Positions 28,118 to 44,292 of a stretch of 64,000 bases of DNA are shown here, piece after piece (the first letter of the stretch is position 1; every line of letters starts with the position of its first letter). The notes beneath the pieces are model-generated. The model did no database searches. It was not told where the DNA came from and saw only the letters and a program-made list of their open reading frames with translations. Both the position numbers and the translations under genes were made by a program. Origin of the DNA: Eledone cirrhosa (lineage: Eukaryota); NCBI GenBank assembly GCA_964016885.1, contig OZ024746.1:29078001-29142000 (forward strand). Reading direction: 5' to 3'.

Positions 28118-30214
28118 TTACCGTACTTTTGGTAGAGGAGGGATGGTTTTTACATCCCTTTTCACTTGATCGTCTGGTGAAGGGACCGTTGAATCGTCCC
28201 TTCGGCTGGTCGTCGGCTCTTCTAAGAGAATGTCTGAGTATACTCTTCGATTGATGGTTCCTCCTAGGTCCCTGAAATCACCAACTGCGTTGGGGAATTT
28301 CGTTTTAATATTTGTGTATTGTTTCTGTGCTATTTTTAGCAGTCTTATGTTAGTTGGCGTTTTGATTGGTGCTGGTATTATGTAGTCCTGTTGTGAAATG
28401 TCTGTGTGTTCAATTATGTAAGTCATTAGTTTCTTGTTGTGTGTATTTATTGCCGTGCATTTGTTTTTCTGGGGGTGGGGTGTGGTTCTGCTATTTTCTT
28501 GTCGTTGTTGCTGGGTGTGTGTGTTTTGTTGTTGTGTTTGCGATGTTGGTGCTTGTGGTGGTGGTGTTGAAGGTGTTGTTGGTGGTGGGGTTGTCGCCGG
28601 TGGTGATGGTGGCGCTAGTGTGGGTGGTGATGGTGTTGGTGTTGTTGCTGCTGTGGGTCTCTTTGCAGTAGACTTTACCCTTTTCTCATTTCTTTCCTCC
28701 CTTTTCAAAGGCGACGATGCGCTGCTTCTGCGTTTGTGCCTTCTTACGACCTTTTGCCATCTCTCTCCCACCTCACACTCCATGTCTGATTCTGTGAGGT
28801 CGGGGAGGGGTACCAACTCCACTCTTTCACTTGTTGTTGTTGGTGATGTTTGCACTGGAGTCTCTGTTGCAGCTGCATTTGGTATTGCTGTTGTTGTTGT
28901 TAGTATTTCCACTGCTGCTGCTGTTTTTGATTTCCGTGGAGTGGGTATGGGTGCCACGGGCCTATCGTTCCTGGTTGCCGCTTGTCCTGTTGCTGGTAGC
29001 CGTGGAGCCGGATTCGGAAGGAGGGGGGTTTTCTCCTTTCTCAGGGTCTTCTCGTTGCAGAAGGCCCTGAGGTGAGTCTTCGATCCACAGCGAAAGCATT
29101 TCGGGCGTTTGCCCTCAACACTTATGGGCAGTTGAGTGCCGTTATCGAAGTCTATCACATCCGGGATAGCTTCGATGCACTCCTGGTTGGTTTGGATTAG
29201 CATCTCAATGGAGGAGCCGACCCAATCTTCTCTTACTTTTTTCTGTACTTGCAGTACAGTTGTTTTGTCCTCGATTCCGACGAGGACAGACGCGGCCAGC
29301 CAAGAAGGGGTCATTCCGGGGGGGACGTGGGTCAGTTTGACCCTCACAATTTTTTGCCCACAGTAGGAGGGCACCAACACCATTTCCTCGCTCCTTAGGG
29401 TCACTACTGATTGGGCCTTTGCCTCCTGGGGTGTGGCAAAAAGTACGTCTACGGTGGCATATTTTTTGCCTCGGGTGATGTGCGTTTTCCGCTGCCACAC
29501 AGACCCCAAGGCTTTTTGTATTTGGGCCTCTGTGGCTCTTTCCACCCTACGGGATTTTGTACTTACTGTACGGTACGTGACCGTACAGTGCTCTTGGGTT
29601 TCGAAAAAATTTTTCGCTGCCTTGCAGATTGCTCGGTGTCCGTTCTTTGTCACCATTTTCTTCGCTTCCTCTAATTCCTCATTTGTTATGAGGATTGTTT
29701 CCAAGTTTTTCGCAATACCTGCAAATGAGATTGGTTTTTCTCTGCTGTTGTTGTTGTCGTCAGAGCTGCTGGTACTTTTGTTGTTGCTGCAGGTACTACG
29801 ACTACTGCCTCCGCCGCTGTTGCTGCGGTTGTTGTTGGTGTTGCTGCTGCTAATGCTGTTGTTGTTTATGCTGCTGGTGATGCTGTTGCGGCTGCTACTG
29901 TTGTTTTCATTGTCACTGTTGCTGTTGTTATTACGGCTGCTACTGCTATTATTCCTGACGTCAGACGAATGAACTGGGTTTTCGTATTTCCCGCACACCT
30001 GTTTCGTCGCTGTCGTCGTCGTCGTGGAGAAACCTTGCACGCTTTGCACGAGACTTTTCTTTTCTTTCGTCACTTGCGAAAGAGAAGGGAGGGAGAGAGA
30101 CACATTTAAAGAAGGGAGGGAGAGAGACAATCTTCTCTCTGCTGTAGTGATGATTGAGGAAGAAGAAGACGGAATGAGTGGGAGTGACGTATGAAATTTC
30201 TTTTTCGTAGCCAT
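28118..30214 (-). CDS. Tx1-type ORF1 (698 aa), gag-like nucleic-acid-binding protein
   Basis: Zinc knuckle CFRCGSKTHLRAFC (CX2CX4HX4C), SFAGI motif, low-complexity N/S and P/T linkers; lies directly upstream of ORF2. Confidence 0.9.
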   Translation of the reverse strand: MATKKKFHTSLPLIPSSSSSIITTAERRLSLSLPSLNVSLSLPSLSQVTKEKKSLVQSVQGFSTTTTTATKQVCGKYENPVHSSDVRNNSSSSRNNNSNSDNENNSSSRNSITSSINNNSISSSNTNNNRSNSGGGSSRSTCSNNKSTSSSDDNNNSREKPISFAGIAKNLETILITNEELEEAKKMVTKNGHRAICKAAKNFFETQEHCTVTYRTVSTKSRRVERATEAQIQKALGSVWQRKTHITRGKKYATVDVLFATPQEAKAQSVVTLRSEEMVLVPSYCGQKIVRVKLTHVPPGMTPSWLAASVLVGIEDKTTVLQVQKKVREDWVGSSIEMLIQTNQECIEAIPDVIDFDNGTQLPISVEGKRPKCFRCGSKTHLRAFCNEKTLRKEKTPLLPNPAPRLPATGQAATRNDRPVAPIPTPRKSKTAAAVEILTTTTAIPNAAATETPVQTSPTTTSERVELVPLPDLTESDMECEVGERWQKVVRRHKRRSSASSPLKREERNEKRVKSTAKRPTAATTPTPSPPTLAPPSPPATTPPPTTPSTPPPQAPTSQTQQQNTHTQQQRQENSRTTPHPQKNKCTAINTHNKKLMTYIIEHTDISQQDYIIPAPIKTPTNIRLLKIAQKQYTNIKTKFPNAVGDFRDLGGTINRRVYSDILLEEPTTSRRDDSTVPSPDDQVKRDVKTIPPLPKVR

Positions 30215-30429
30215 GTTGTTTTTTGTTTAAAATGAAATTTTGGGTACAAAACCCCAATAACTGGTTATTTAACCCCGAAGGGCCAAATAACGGACAGAAA
30301 GACCCATCTCACGAGGAGGAGGGTGTCTTTATCAACAATTTGGTTCAAGTTTTAAACAATTTACAATTGTTTTAACGGTTAAAAATTACTATACCTTACA
30401 GAGCCGAGCCTCCGTCAACCATGGCATTC

Positions 30430-30465
<36 letters not shown>

Positions 30466-30467
<2 letters not shown>

Positions 30468-33400
30468 TTTCATTTATTGGCCACAAGGGCCGACATATAG
30501 GGGACAATACAAAAGACTGGGACAGTGGGGTTTTACAGAAAAATCGAGTAAACAATATGAATAAACAAAGTAACAATAACAAAGTAACAATAAAGTAACA
30601 AGAAAATTACAACAAAACAAAATTCCCCAATAGGGGGGATGACCACCTAGGGTTCGCTCAGGTACCCCACCAGTCCTGAACGACCCGACGCTTCGAGAGC
30701 ACCCTGGAAGGGCACCCCCTCTCCTCTTCAAATTTACCTACCTACAGCCGCATGACCAGAGTAGGCCCACTCACACGGGCCATTCTCGCCAGATTCACCC
30801 ACCTTTCAGCAAATGTACTGGGGGGCAGCACTTCTCTCTCCACCCTCACCTTCCTTTCCAAGTGAAACTTGAAAAAGTTGATGAGGGATTGGCCGAAGAG
30901 AAAAGTGTCTGTCTTCAGTCCTTTCAACCTCGTCCACCATACAACCTCTTTCGCTACTGCCACCAGACAGAGGAAAATTGCCTGCCCTTCCTGGCCAAAA
31001 GAAGGCGGCGGGTTGATCTTCACTATGGACTCGGCCGATAGCCGGATCCGTTCTACACGCAACAACAGCTGTTCAACATAACTCCACAAGTCAGTAATGC
31101 ACGGACACTGGACGAGTGCGTGCAGAACGGTTTCGTCGCTCTGCGCGCATCTCGGGCAGGTCCGTCTGACAGCACTTCCGTGCCTGTAGAGTTTATCTCG
31201 AACCGGCAGTGCCCCCCGGTAGCACTGCCAAGCGAGGGATTTTTGGAATTATCCATCGTCCCCAGCTCGAAAGTCCTCTGGTACAGATTGGTTAGTTCGA
31301 CTTCGTTGACTCTCAGAGCCTCTCCGAGTGCGTCGTCGCACTTGCGCACCACTGATCCTCTATAGAACTCGAGAGTGGAAGTTCCACTGACCGCATTGCC
31401 CGCCTGGTAGAGGGCAGTGATTGCCTGGCAACATTCCAGATGCCAGTCACTCAGTCTCGGTCTCTTCTTAACCCAGGACTGCAACTCAGTCAAACGAGCT
31501 GCGGAAAGGCCCGTCTGACAAACGGCGACCACACCTGTTCACCGTTTAGGCAAAATATCTGGAGATGCCGCAGCCTCAGCGCGTACCTGCGCATCATTAG
31601 CCACGGCATGCCCAGCCCTCCACGTAGAGGGTGCTGGCAGCAGATGGACCGCCTCACCATCGGAACCTAACCCCTCCACAAGAATTTGAAGAGGAGCCGC
31701 TCCAAGATGGCGAGGCGCGAACGGGACAAGGGACGACAGTCAGACGGTAGTAGATGACGGACGCGATGTACGCGTTCGCCACCTCCGCCCGACCTTTCAG
31801 TGATAGCTTCATCCCAGCCCATTTCTGGGTGAGACTGACTACCCTGCTCGTCACCTCGTCCCAATTCTTATCCACCTGGAGGTCTGGCCCGAACCAAACC
31901 CCTAGCAACTTTACCGGTCCGTCCGTCCAGCGCCTAACGACGCTGTTGGACGGCATGGGCTTGCCTCTCCAGGTGCCGAGTTGCAAGCCAACTGACTTTT
32001 CCGGGTTAAGTTTTGCTCCCGTCCACCTTTCATATTCCTCCAATAAGTTGCCGACCACCTCGATTTCTGAGGTGTCCGACACCATCACGGTGATGTCGTC
32101 CGCATAAGCCGACACAGCCTTTCCGCGTCCCGGTTCGAGCGGGATGCCCTGCAACAGCTCCAGCTTCCGCAGTAAAGGCTCGAGAGTCAATACGTACAGA
32201 AGGGAGGAGAGAGGGCACCCTTGACGGACCGATCGGGAGACCTGAAACGGTTCCGAGAGGTGGCCATTAATTTTGACCATCGAGCAGGTGCCGCTGTGCA
32301 TTGCAGCGATCTAGCTTCTGAAGACGGGGCCGAAGCCAGCCGCCTTGAAGACAGCCTCCAGGTACCGATGGTCGACCCTATCGAATGCTTTCGATTGATC
32401 TAAATTGATCAGAGCCCCACCGAAGCCAGGTTTATACCCTACCCTCTCTATGATGTATCGCATTAGGTGGAGGTTGTCGTGTATGGCCTTGGTTGGGATT
32501 GCGCAAGTTTGCGCCTCCCCAACCAAATCCCCGACGACAAGTGCCAACCTCTTCGCTAACACCCTGACCAAAATCTTAAACTCTGTGTTGAGCAGAGTTA
32601 TGGGCCTGAAATTGTTTAATGTGTCCCTCTTGTTCTCGTCTTTCCTTATCAGCGTCACTACGCCCCGGCTCACAGAACTGGGAATACTCCCGTTTTGCTG
32701 CCAGTTTCAGTAGAGCGCTTCGAGGAGATTGGAGAACAAGTCTGGCATATTTACGTAAAGCTCGTAGGGCAGACCATCCAAACCGGGTGACTTGCGCCTC
32801 ATGCAGCCTACAAGGGCATCCTGAATCTCGGCTGAAGTAATTGGCCTTTCGCAGCTCCAGCGTCAGCCGTCGGGAGTTGCGGCAAGCCATCGAGGTAGGG
32901 ACTGAAGTCCGCCACCATCTCTGACCCGCCACTTCCCCCGAACAACCGAGCAAAATGTTGGCGAAAGGCCTCACACATCCTCTTGGAATCGCTCAGCTCG
33001 AGCCCGTCTTGGTCCGTCAAAGACCGAATCGTGGTTTTATTACCACGCTGCGCCTCTGCCACGCGGGCCCATCGAACAGCTTTGGTTCCCTCGTTTCTCA
33101 GAGCACGCGCCTTAGCTCTGACAATGCAACCTTCGTGTTTCGCATTGAAGAAATGGTCTAATGCCATTCTCGCCGCTAGCACATCAGTTGCAATGCCACT
33201 ACCAATAGCCTCGTCTAACTTATCTACCAACTCTCCCTCCTTTCTATTTTTCTATAATGCTACTTCTTTGCTAAACTCTATCGATATTACTCTAATCTCT
33301 CTTTTGAGAGAGCCCCCCACCATCTATTGTTGACGACTCCCCCTGTCAACTTTTTCTTAACTAAATTGTTAACCTGGTCCCTGTAATCCTTACGTGCCGG

Positions 33401-36330
33401 AAATGACATGTTTAGCTTCCAGTAACCAGGTCCTAACCTACGCGTCTTATCTAGGTCGACCATACAGATCACAAACTTGTGATCTGAATAGGCGACCGTT
33501 TCAAAACGTGGACAGCTTACACTATTTCTGTCTATTTTCCTAATGAATATCCTGTCTATATACGATCTAGATGACCCTATGCGGTTAGCTCAGGTCCACA
33601 CTGGCGCATTAGGGAAATCTAGTCGGTACCTGTCAGACAGTTGGAACTGGCTGATCAGGTTCTTGAAGCTTTTGCAACCCCCCACTCTTATCGGATACTC
33701 CCACACAGTGCCAGCGTGCGTCTAAGATGCCGTTCCAGTCGCCCGCTAACAGTAAAGGGCGAGACGTACCCAGAAAGGCTTCCAGGCGTCTAAAGAAGTC
33801 CGGCCGTCCTGCCCCAGTAGGAGCATAGACGGCCACCAGTCTAAAGGCACCACCTTCATTATTGTTCACGTCCAGGACCACCAACTTCCCGTCCAGGTCC
33901 CGGAAGATCGACCTTACCTCGAGATCCAGGCCTTTCCTAAACAGCACTTCCACCCCACCTCCCATTCCCCGCTGGCTAACAGATGCAAAGATCTGATAGT
34001 CGTCGAAAATGGGGGCTAGTGCGCGCGTGTCGGAAATCCTGGTCTCGCTGACTGCAATTACATCCATTTCTATAGACCTGAGGTCGTTGAGCAGGTGACC
34101 CTGCTTCCAGGACGATCCCAGGCCTCGAACATTTAAAAATCCTACTCTTAATACGGCCATGTTAGCAGGTTAAACAGAGAGAGAGGAAGGTTTACTTACC
34201 TTCCGGGCTCTTGTGAAGGTCGGGTTTCGACCTCCATAGTTAGTGGGGTTTCTTTTGGGAACCCCTTTAAAAGTCTTGAAGTGAGTTTTACGTTCGGGGT
34301 TCCCACGTCCCGAGGAAAGCTGTCTCGTATTTCTTTGAATATGTCGAGCGACATTCGCACCAGAACCAAATCTTCCGGCACGCGAAATGTGCTCGATTTA
34401 AACATTTCCCCCTTTTTTTGTATATTTTCACTTCGTGCTACGAGGGCCATCAGTTCCTTGTTGGCCCTCCTGACGATCACGAAGTTTTGTATGTTTTGTT
34501 GGTGTGATTTTATTTGTTTGCGTGGCTGTGGTGGTGATGGTCTTGGTGGTGTTGTTTCGGTTGTATCTGTGTTTGTTGTGAGTGCGATGTCTGTGGTTTC
34601 AGATGTTTGTGTGTATATTTGTTCTTGCGTCTGTTTCGGTTGTTTGCGTTTGGGGGATTCTGGTGATGGTGATGGTGGTGTTGATGTTGGTGTTATTGGA
34701 GAGATGTTTGCGTGGGTGGTGTCTGCGTTTTTTATTGTGGGTGCTTTTGTGCTTAGTTGAGTTTTTTTTTTCTTTTTGTGTTTCCTTTTTTGTATTTTGG
34801 GGGATTTGGGATTTCCCTCATTTTCACTACTGGCAGATGAGGGGTCTGTTTCTGTAAGTGTGTCTGTATGTATGTTTATGGTTTTATTGGTGTGTGTATT
34901 TTGGGGGGGAGGGGGAATTTGACATCTTTCCTCGTTTCACCCCTGGGTGGTCAATGTTGGTGGTGGTCTTTCTATTGGTGTTGTTGTTGGTGGTTTTGCC
35001 GGTGCAGGTGTTGGTTGTGGTCCTCTCCCCGGCGTCGGCAGCAGTGGAGCCTTTCGACCCCTTTCCTCTTTCAGCAGTTGAGGGCAGAAAGCTCGCAAAT
35101 GGGTTTTTTTCCCCACAAACAAAACACTGCGGCCTTTTGCCTTCGGTCATAATGTGAATGACAGTCCCATTCTGAAGGCGGGTGTGGTCTGGGATTGTTT
35201 TCACATTCTCGGGCCTGATCTGGAGAAGGATCTCCAGGTCAACCCCGGACCAGTCCTCTCTGGCCGGTCTGGTCACTTCTATAGGGACTGTATCCGTCCC
35301 CTCTACAATCACACATCCCAGAAGCCACCACATGTCAAGTCCTTGTTGGAGGGGTACATTATGACCTTGCTGGTTTTGCAAGGAGTCATGGCGTGTTTCA
35401 TCGCGAGGGCTTCTGACTTGAACAACACCGAAATGGTGCCGTACTGTCTGCCCCTCTCTGTGTACTTGGTGTCTTCTCTGATGCACCTCAGCGCGACTTC
35501 GATATCTTCTTGTGGGATTAACGCTGCCCTTTTGGTTTGTGCTGAGATGCATCTATAATCCACCGTTTTGCGCTCCACTGACTCAATAGCTTCTACCAGG
35601 ACAGTTAAGTTGGCCCAAGTTTGCTCTTGCTTGATGAGCTTCCATGTCTGGGCCAACTTTTCATCTTTGTTTGAGAGGTCCATGTTGAAGCATGGCCTCT
35701 TTTTTGCTGCTGCCGCAGCGAAAGTGATCTTGTTTTCGTTGGGGGTGTTGTTGACGTTGTATTTGTTGGTGTTGTAGTTAGCACTGTCGCTGTTATCATT
35801 GTTGTCTTTGCTGCCACCGTTGTTCTCGGTGCAGTTGGTATTATTGCTGTTGGTGTTGTCGCTATTTGTTTTCATGTTAGTGGTGTTGATATTGTTGTTG
35901 TATTTGTTATTTTTTTTTTGTTATCTGTATTTTCGTTGTCGCTGTTACTGTCATTTTTTTTTAAATTAGAGTTCTTATTGGTATCAGTGGTGTCTTTATT
36001 TACCTTGTTTGTGGTGGTGTTTGTGTTATCAATGTGTGTTAATTTCGCTGTAGCGCTCCTCTCAACTTCTACGTCGTTGTCGCACGACAGCCGACATATC
36101 GCTGGGGGGCGTGGCTCAGCCATGTTTTTTTTTTCTTCGTAAATTTTTTAACATGTAAAAAAAGTTCAAATATTTGGGCCAAAAGGCCCAAATATTATAC
36201 TTTCCCTTTCACGGGGCAAAGTCTAAGGGCTTAAATCCCTTACACAACAAGAAATATTTAACAACAAATAATTTAAACAGGCAAATAAAGCGACTTACTG
36301 TGAGCGAGCAAAATACGTCCGCTTAGACCA
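30466..36330 (-). mobile_element. Full-length but frameshifted Tx1/L1-clade element of a second family (copy B)
   Basis: ORF2 remnants 34160-30742 (FLNVRGL, VYAP, GDWN, DQSKAFDRV, RQGCPLS, YADD) broken by frameshifts and stops. ORF1 remnants 36123-34196 (TFAAAA, CFVCGEKNP). 3' end AATAAATGAAATC plus (ATT)n at 30431-30465. Confidence 0.93.
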
Positions 36331-36353
36331 ATAATAATAATAATAATAATAAT

Positions 36354-37581
36354 GCTTTCTTTATTAACCACAAGGGTTTACATAAAGTAGACATTAAGGA
36401 CAGTACAGGACAATACAGGGCGGTAAAAATGGGCATTTCTGCGTGTAAGAAACAAGAAACAGAGGATGTAATAATAGAACAATGAAAAAATTACCCAATA
36501 GGGGGGAGACTTCGTGGAGAAAGCCCATTAAAAAGCCACAGTGGCCCTGACCACCAGGGCAAGTGCCCTCTCCCAGTTTTCCACCTTTAATTTACAGACA
36601 CATACTCAGAGTAGGCCCATTCACTCGGGCCATTCTTGCCTCTCTCACCCATCTTTCAACAAAATGCTGGGAAGAGAGCACTTCCCTTTCTACCCTGATT
36701 TTCCTTTTTAAATGAAATTTGAAAAAGTTAATCAGGGCATCACCGAAGAGGTAAGTGCTCGTCTTCAGCCCTTTCAAACGTGTCCACCATACTATCTCTT
36801 TCGCCATAGCCACCAGACAGATACAAACTGCCTGCCCTTCCCGGCTAAAGGAAGAGGGCGGGGCAATCCTCACGATGGACTCAACTGATAGCTGGATCCG
36901 TCCTACACGTGACAGTAGGTGTTCGAAATAAACCCACAAGTCAGCAATGCTCGGACACTGGACGAGTGCGTGCAGGACGGTTTCGTCTCCCTGTGCGCAT
37001 CTCGGACATGCCCTGCTTACGGCACCTCCAGGCCTGTAGAGTTTATCCCGAACTGGCAAAGCTCCTCGGTAGCACTGCCAGGCCAGAGATTTCTGGAAGT
37101 TGTCCATACGCCCCGGCCCGAAAGTCCTTCCGAAGAGATTGGCTAGTTGATTTTCGTCGACGCCTAGAGTTTCTCCAAGTACGTTGTCGCTCTTCCCCTC
37201 CACTAATCCTCTATAGAACGCCAAGGTGGAGTTTCCACCGATCACATTGTCCGATTGGTCGAGGACTGTGAGCGCCTGAAGACATTCCAGTCTCCAAGCG
37301 CTCCCTCTCGGTCTTCGCTTGACCCAGGACTGCAGCTCCGTCAAGGAGACGAGCTGGGGAAAGACGTGTCTAGCAAACGGCGACCACACCTGATCACCGT
37401 CAAGGAAGAGGTGGAGATGTCGTAGCCTGAGCGCGTGTCTGCGCATCATCAGCCACGGCATGCCCAGCCCTCCACGTAGCGAGTGTTGACAGCAGATGGA
37501 CCGCCTGACCATCACAACGCGTCCCTTCTACAAAAAGCGAAAGAGCAAACGCTCTAGCGCAGTCAGGCGGGGCTTAGGACA
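36354..37581 (-). mobile_element. 5'-truncated Tx1 element of the copy-A family (copy C)
   Basis: The 307-aa ORF 36592-37515 is nearly identical to the C-terminus of copy A ORF2; same 3' UTR; (ATT)n tail at 36331-36353. Confidence 0.95.
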
Positions 37582-37799
37582 TAACAAATCATAATGGAAG
37601 GGTTTTAGATAAATGTAATCACTTTAAAATAAAGTTTTGTAACGTAGAATAAAATATAAATTCAGGCAGTTTGGTTTCAAAAAGGTTAACGATCGATAAG
37701 ATAAAATACCAGTCAAAAAATATGGTAATTTAATGTAATTTTCCCGGTATCCGAATTGCTGGCCTAGTGTTAAAATTAGAAAATATTCTTGTCCTACAT

Positions 37800-40650
<2,851 letters not shown>

Positions 40651-40980
40651 TTTTCTTTTTTATATTTTTTATATATTTTATATATTTTAATGTTGTAATT
40701 TGGATAAAAATAAACAAATGCAAAACATTATCTGTCAGAATGTCAAGGTAATTATAGCTAAATGTTTCTAGTGTTTCATTTCTTATTAATTGGTAGGTCA
40801 GGGAGACAGGAATGGCTATGTTGTTATGAAATTCGCTTCTCTATCGCATTCGTACAGATTCGAAACTGCTAAGCGTTTTTGTTTTAATTTTTACTTATTT
40901 ATTTTGGAAATTATGTTCTACTAAATCCTCGAATTCAGCAACATGTTGTAAGCCGAGATTGGTAGATGAAAACTGTGCAA

Positions 40981-41090
<110 letters not shown>

Positions 41091-42179
41091 CCTAGATTCA
41101 TATCTCTCATTCATGACCGCCACTCTACTTCGCAAATATTCAAGTTAAGTCTCCAGTTTAATGATAACTGCTTTGCCTCCGTCCAACATCCTTGAAAGTG
41201 CTGAAAAGCACCATGGTTACAAGCCTTTCTCCACGAACTAAGAAATACTGCCAACCATTTTAAGGACCTTTTAGTCGCTTCTGGACACACACAAGGATAC
41301 AATGGACATAATCTAGACCGGTTACAATCAGATATGTATTAACTAAGCAGTGTGTTGGACATCCATCGATTCCGACGATGAGTGTTCCAGTTGTTTAATC
41401 GAAGGAAAGTCTAGCTAGTGAAATTAACGTTCAAGTGAATAAGCATTCCACGGTCATTTTTGCCTTTAAGATAGTTCTTCAGGAGATTCAGCGGGACATA
41501 GTGTATAAAAAGGTGACCATTTGAATTACAGATAGAACTGTTTTCTTGCCAATTAAATGGAATCGGGTAACGTGGAATGAAATATATTGCTACAGAACAC
41601 AAGCCACCCAAGCCAACATTCGAAGTATATGTAATACGTAATGATGACAATATGAGCTTCAGTAACTTGCAACACTGTATTTCTTATAGGTTAGTCATGT
41701 ATTTAATGTAAAGATTCTACTAGTAAACTTACCTGAGTGGAAATAAATACATTCTGGACCAAGTAGAGGAAACACTCTAACGTAATAGGTTTGTATGCAC
41801 TAACATTTGTTTCTAGAACTTCGGTTTATTTTCTGGGTAAATTAAAGTGATTCAAACGTAGTAAAATTGTAGACATATAGACATAATATGTATATATATG
41901 TACATAAAGGCAATGATACATACCTTCAAACATACATACATATATATACATATAAAGAGAAAGAGAGAGAAAGAGAAGTGGGGAGAGAGGGTGAGAGAGG
42001 GGGAGAGAGAGATTAAGAAGGTAAAAGAGAAAGCGGTAAAGATAAATACAATTTAGATGTGCATATGTATATGGATATATATATATGTGTGTGTGTGTGT
42101 GTCTGTGTTTCTATGTATGTGTATGTATATATCGCTTTTCTTTATGCTGTATTGAATAAATTGCTCTCTAAGCTACACG

Positions 42180-42234
<55 letters not shown>

Positions 42235-42282
42235 TGTGCCTGTATATGTATGTGCTGGGCTGCAAACGTTTTTGTATCTATG

Positions 42283-42352
<70 letters not shown>

Positions 42353-42929
42353 CATGCGTGTATATATATATATATATATACAGATGCACACACACGCATG
42401 TAGGTATATATATATGTGTATGCACGCATATATGCATATATGCATATATATACACACACACATACATTTACACATATGCAAATATATAAAGATCGAGAGA
42501 GAGAGCGTGGACGCAAATAATTTCGACAGCTAGCACTCTCCACGACAAATATCCTCAAGTATCAGGTGGCTTTAAAATCGTGAGCGGGAGAAACTATAAT
42601 GACTTTCGTTTCGCTTTACTGGACAATATATGCGTTGTTTAACGAATTACGAATTGGGAATTGTTTACTGAAACGAAAATTTTTATATTTCCAAATACAT
42701 CAGCGTCTCATGATTTCTCCCCACGCGCCATATTTTTCAGTTTAGATAAACGGAGAGTAAATGGGAAAATAACTCGTATATTGGGGATAGAAATACAAAT
42801 GTTCTCTTAAGTGTAAATGTAAATGTAAAACGATTATATACGCAAGAATGGAGTTGGCGAATTTATTTATTTAAATTTTTCAAATATATAAACAAATAAT
42901 TGATATAAATTATTATATTTATAAATGGT

Positions 42930-43008
<79 letters not shown>

Positions 43009-43054
43009 ATTTTTGTATGTGTGAGCCCGTGCGTATGTGTATACACGTATAATT

Positions 43055-43099
<45 letters not shown>

Positions 43100-43147
43100 C
43101 CACACATAAATATATAATAACACTTTTTGTACCTCTGTTTGATGTCT

Positions 43148-43193
<46 letters not shown>

Positions 43194-43631
43194 CATATGT
43201 GTATATATACATACATATACATATGTATGCAAAATATATATAGACCATAAATACCCTTACGCACAAAAATACAGTCACACAAACGAAAAAGTGTATTTCT
43301 ATGCACATTTCTCTATTTTCTAGCAATACACAGGAGAATTTATTTAGTTGTGGCGTGGATATTGTTCTACCAGCATTAAAACATAATTCACAAGCGAAAA
43401 ACTGCTACCATGGATAATACGTTAGTCTATAAAAATGGAGATTTTCTGTTTGATTGGATTCAAACTGCCGTAGCGTAAACATCGTTCAGAGGGTACACGT
43501 AAAATGCCTTTATTGCAGATATGTGAATAATCTGTGTTTTATCTTCCTCAAATTCATGATTTATATTGTAAAGGTATGTTTACATTCATTACTCATAACA
43601 CCTAACACACATGCATATATATATATATATA

Positions 43632-43694
<63 letters not shown>

Positions 43695-43727
43695 GGATGT
43701 ATATATAAATATATATATATATATATA

Positions 43728-43843
43728 TTTTAATATAGATGAGATTCTACAGGACTAGAACTGTTTCATTCTTTAAAAGTCATCATGGTGATTTCTAAAG
43801 AATGAAACAGTTCTAGTCCTGTAGAATCTCATCTATATTAAAA
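43728..43843. repeat. Perfect fold-back palindrome (48-bp arms, 20-nt spacer) heading a 185-bp element in (TA)n
   Basis: 43728-43775 is the exact reverse complement of 43796-43843; the element continues to about 43912. Confidence 0.95.
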
Positions 43844-43911
43844 CTTTTATACTCTGCAATGTATTGAGTATCTTACTTACTGTGGTTACCTCCGATTCAA
43901 CCCGGAATAAC

Positions 43912-43962
<51 letters not shown>

Positions 43963-44292
43963 TGTATGTTAGGCGTTGGGTGTAATGAATGTAAACATAC
44001 CCTAACATATAAATAATTGTTTCTACTTTAGGCGTTGTGTATAAACATGTAATACATAAAGCTAATGTGAAGTCGCATGGCTTAGTGAATTCTATGTTCA
44101 GCTCATTATCGTTAGGTGATGAGTTGATCAATCCCCCTCTCTATATCAATTAGCACCAAACTCTCCCCCTCTCTATATCTATCAGTACATATGTCTATCA
44201 ATCCTCTCACGCTGTTTGTTACCACCAATCTCTCCCCCTCTCTATATCTAATACACACAATTCTCTTCCAATCCCCCTCTCTATATCAAATA

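Larger units (their letters stand above)
24401..30430 (-). mobile_element. Full-length, apparently intact Tx1/L1-clade non-LTR retrotransposon (copy A)
   Basis: About 215-bp 5' UTR, ORF1 and ORF2 both open, about 260-bp 3' UTR ending AATAAAGAAATC followed by (ATT)n at 24361-24400. Its 5' end abuts the (ATT)n tail of copy B. Confidence 0.95.

Noticed and set aside
25678-35558. Plus-strand ORFs overlapping the Tx1 elements
   Set aside because: Antisense shadows of GC-rich coding sequence with no recognisable motifs.
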